Source: Octopus sinensis (taxonomy: Eukaryota). Taken from it: a stretch of 64,000 nt of DNA. The stretch is taken from contig NC_042999.1 in assembly GCF_006345805.1 (NCBI RefSeq), forward strand, positions 23,250,001-23,314,000, given 5' to 3'. A program made the position numbers and the translations under genes. The notes beneath the pieces were generated by a model that made no database searches, had not been told where the DNA came from, and was given only the letters and a program-made list of their open reading frames with translations. This document shows positions 62,936 through 64,000 of this stretch, piece after piece (the first letter of the stretch is position 1; the number at the start of each line of letters is the position of its first letter).

Positions 62936-63913
62936 TCTGAAAATAAACACATATATAAAAAAAATTAAAATATTAAATATCCAGATTGCTATAAAAATCC
63001 TATCAACATTGGCAATTATGTTTGAGGCCCCAAAACATCATAACCATTACTTACAAGTAAGTATGACTTGGTAGCAGGTACCGTCATCATCATCATCCTC
63101 ATTTAACGTCCACTTTCCATTCTAGCATGGGTTGGACGATTTGACTGAGGACTGGCTAACCAGATGGCTGCACCAGGCTCCAATCTTGATCTGGCAGAGT
63201 TTCTACAGCTGGATGCCCTTCCTAACGCCAACCACTCCGAGAGTGTAGTGGGTGCTTTTACATGCCACCAGCATGAGGGCCAGTCAGGCAGTACTGGCAA
63301 CGGCCCCACTCAAATGATGTTTTTTACATGCCACCTGCACAGGAGCCAGTCCAGCGGCACTGGCAACGACCTCAGTCGAAGCCATTTAGCCGCTCTGGCA
63401 ACGATCACACTCAGATAGTGTTCTTAGCGCTCCACTAGCACAGGTACCGTGCTAGTAATTGAAAGAAACACAGAGCATCTCAACAGAAATACAGTAACGA
63501 AAGGATTAAATTATCGCACTCTTCCATATCCAGTTCGCTGATAATTCAACACCCTTAGTGCTCGAAGTCGTTTCCAATGTATATCGTCACCCTTAGCTTG
63601 TAACATAATTCTCCAAGGACCCATGGTTTAGATTAAGCTCATACATTTTATTTTCCTCATTTGTCAACTAACAAACTATTCAACATTGTAAACATCGTTA
63701 TTTTCCGGATAAATAAATAATTGCTTTTTTGCTTTCGCCAAAAGAGAAAGAAATAAACAAACACTCTAAGGTACTTTTTGGAAAACAAAAGTATTTAATC
63801 AAAGCCTCGTGAATTTAACCGCTCGCTTTATACATGATTTTAATATAACATTTCTAAAGACTGTTGATCATAAACAGACATGCTAATGATGAAATTAGAA
63901 TATCTTTACTTAC

Positions 63914-64000
63914 CTCCTGTATTAAAACTGTAAACTATAATTAACAGGAATCACGTTGAGAACATATAAACAATAAGACAAGTCGATGTGATACTCAATT
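63914..64000 (-). other. LSM6: Probable LSM6 non-coding first exon (5' UTR)
   Basis: Strong donor GAG|gtaagt at 63913. Coding exon 1 has an acceptor 1 nt before the ATG, so an upstream exon is required. 5' boundary unknown. Confidence 0.6.

Overview
AT-rich, repeat-saturated eukaryotic DNA. The SINE, RTE and Penelope repertoire points to an octopus or other cephalopod genome (inference). Two spliced genes can be reconstructed on the minus strand. (1) A complete LSM6: 3 coding exons at 62935-57477, 80 aa, plus a non-coding first exon near 63914. (2) The 5' part of a TEP1 (telomerase/vault TROVE-domain protein) gene: 16 coding exons from ATG 40580 to 3705, about 685 codons, continuing beyond the window start. 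One TEP1 exon (21801-21898) is out of phase by 1 nt and sits beside a partial tandem copy of itself, probably an assembly error. Introns and intergenic DNA hold tRNA-derived SINEs, RTE, CR1 and RLE-type LINE fragments, non-autonomous Helitrons, piggyBac-, hAT- and GGATC-TIR MITEs, a MITE-derived satellite and several fold-backs. The most notable observation is at least ten minimal type I hammerhead-ribozyme motifs from four distinct families. One family is tied to a Penelope GIY-YIG remnant and a tRNA-like Pol III module, one lacks the conserved A6, and one forms an inverted pair. All calls are by eye; no searches were run.
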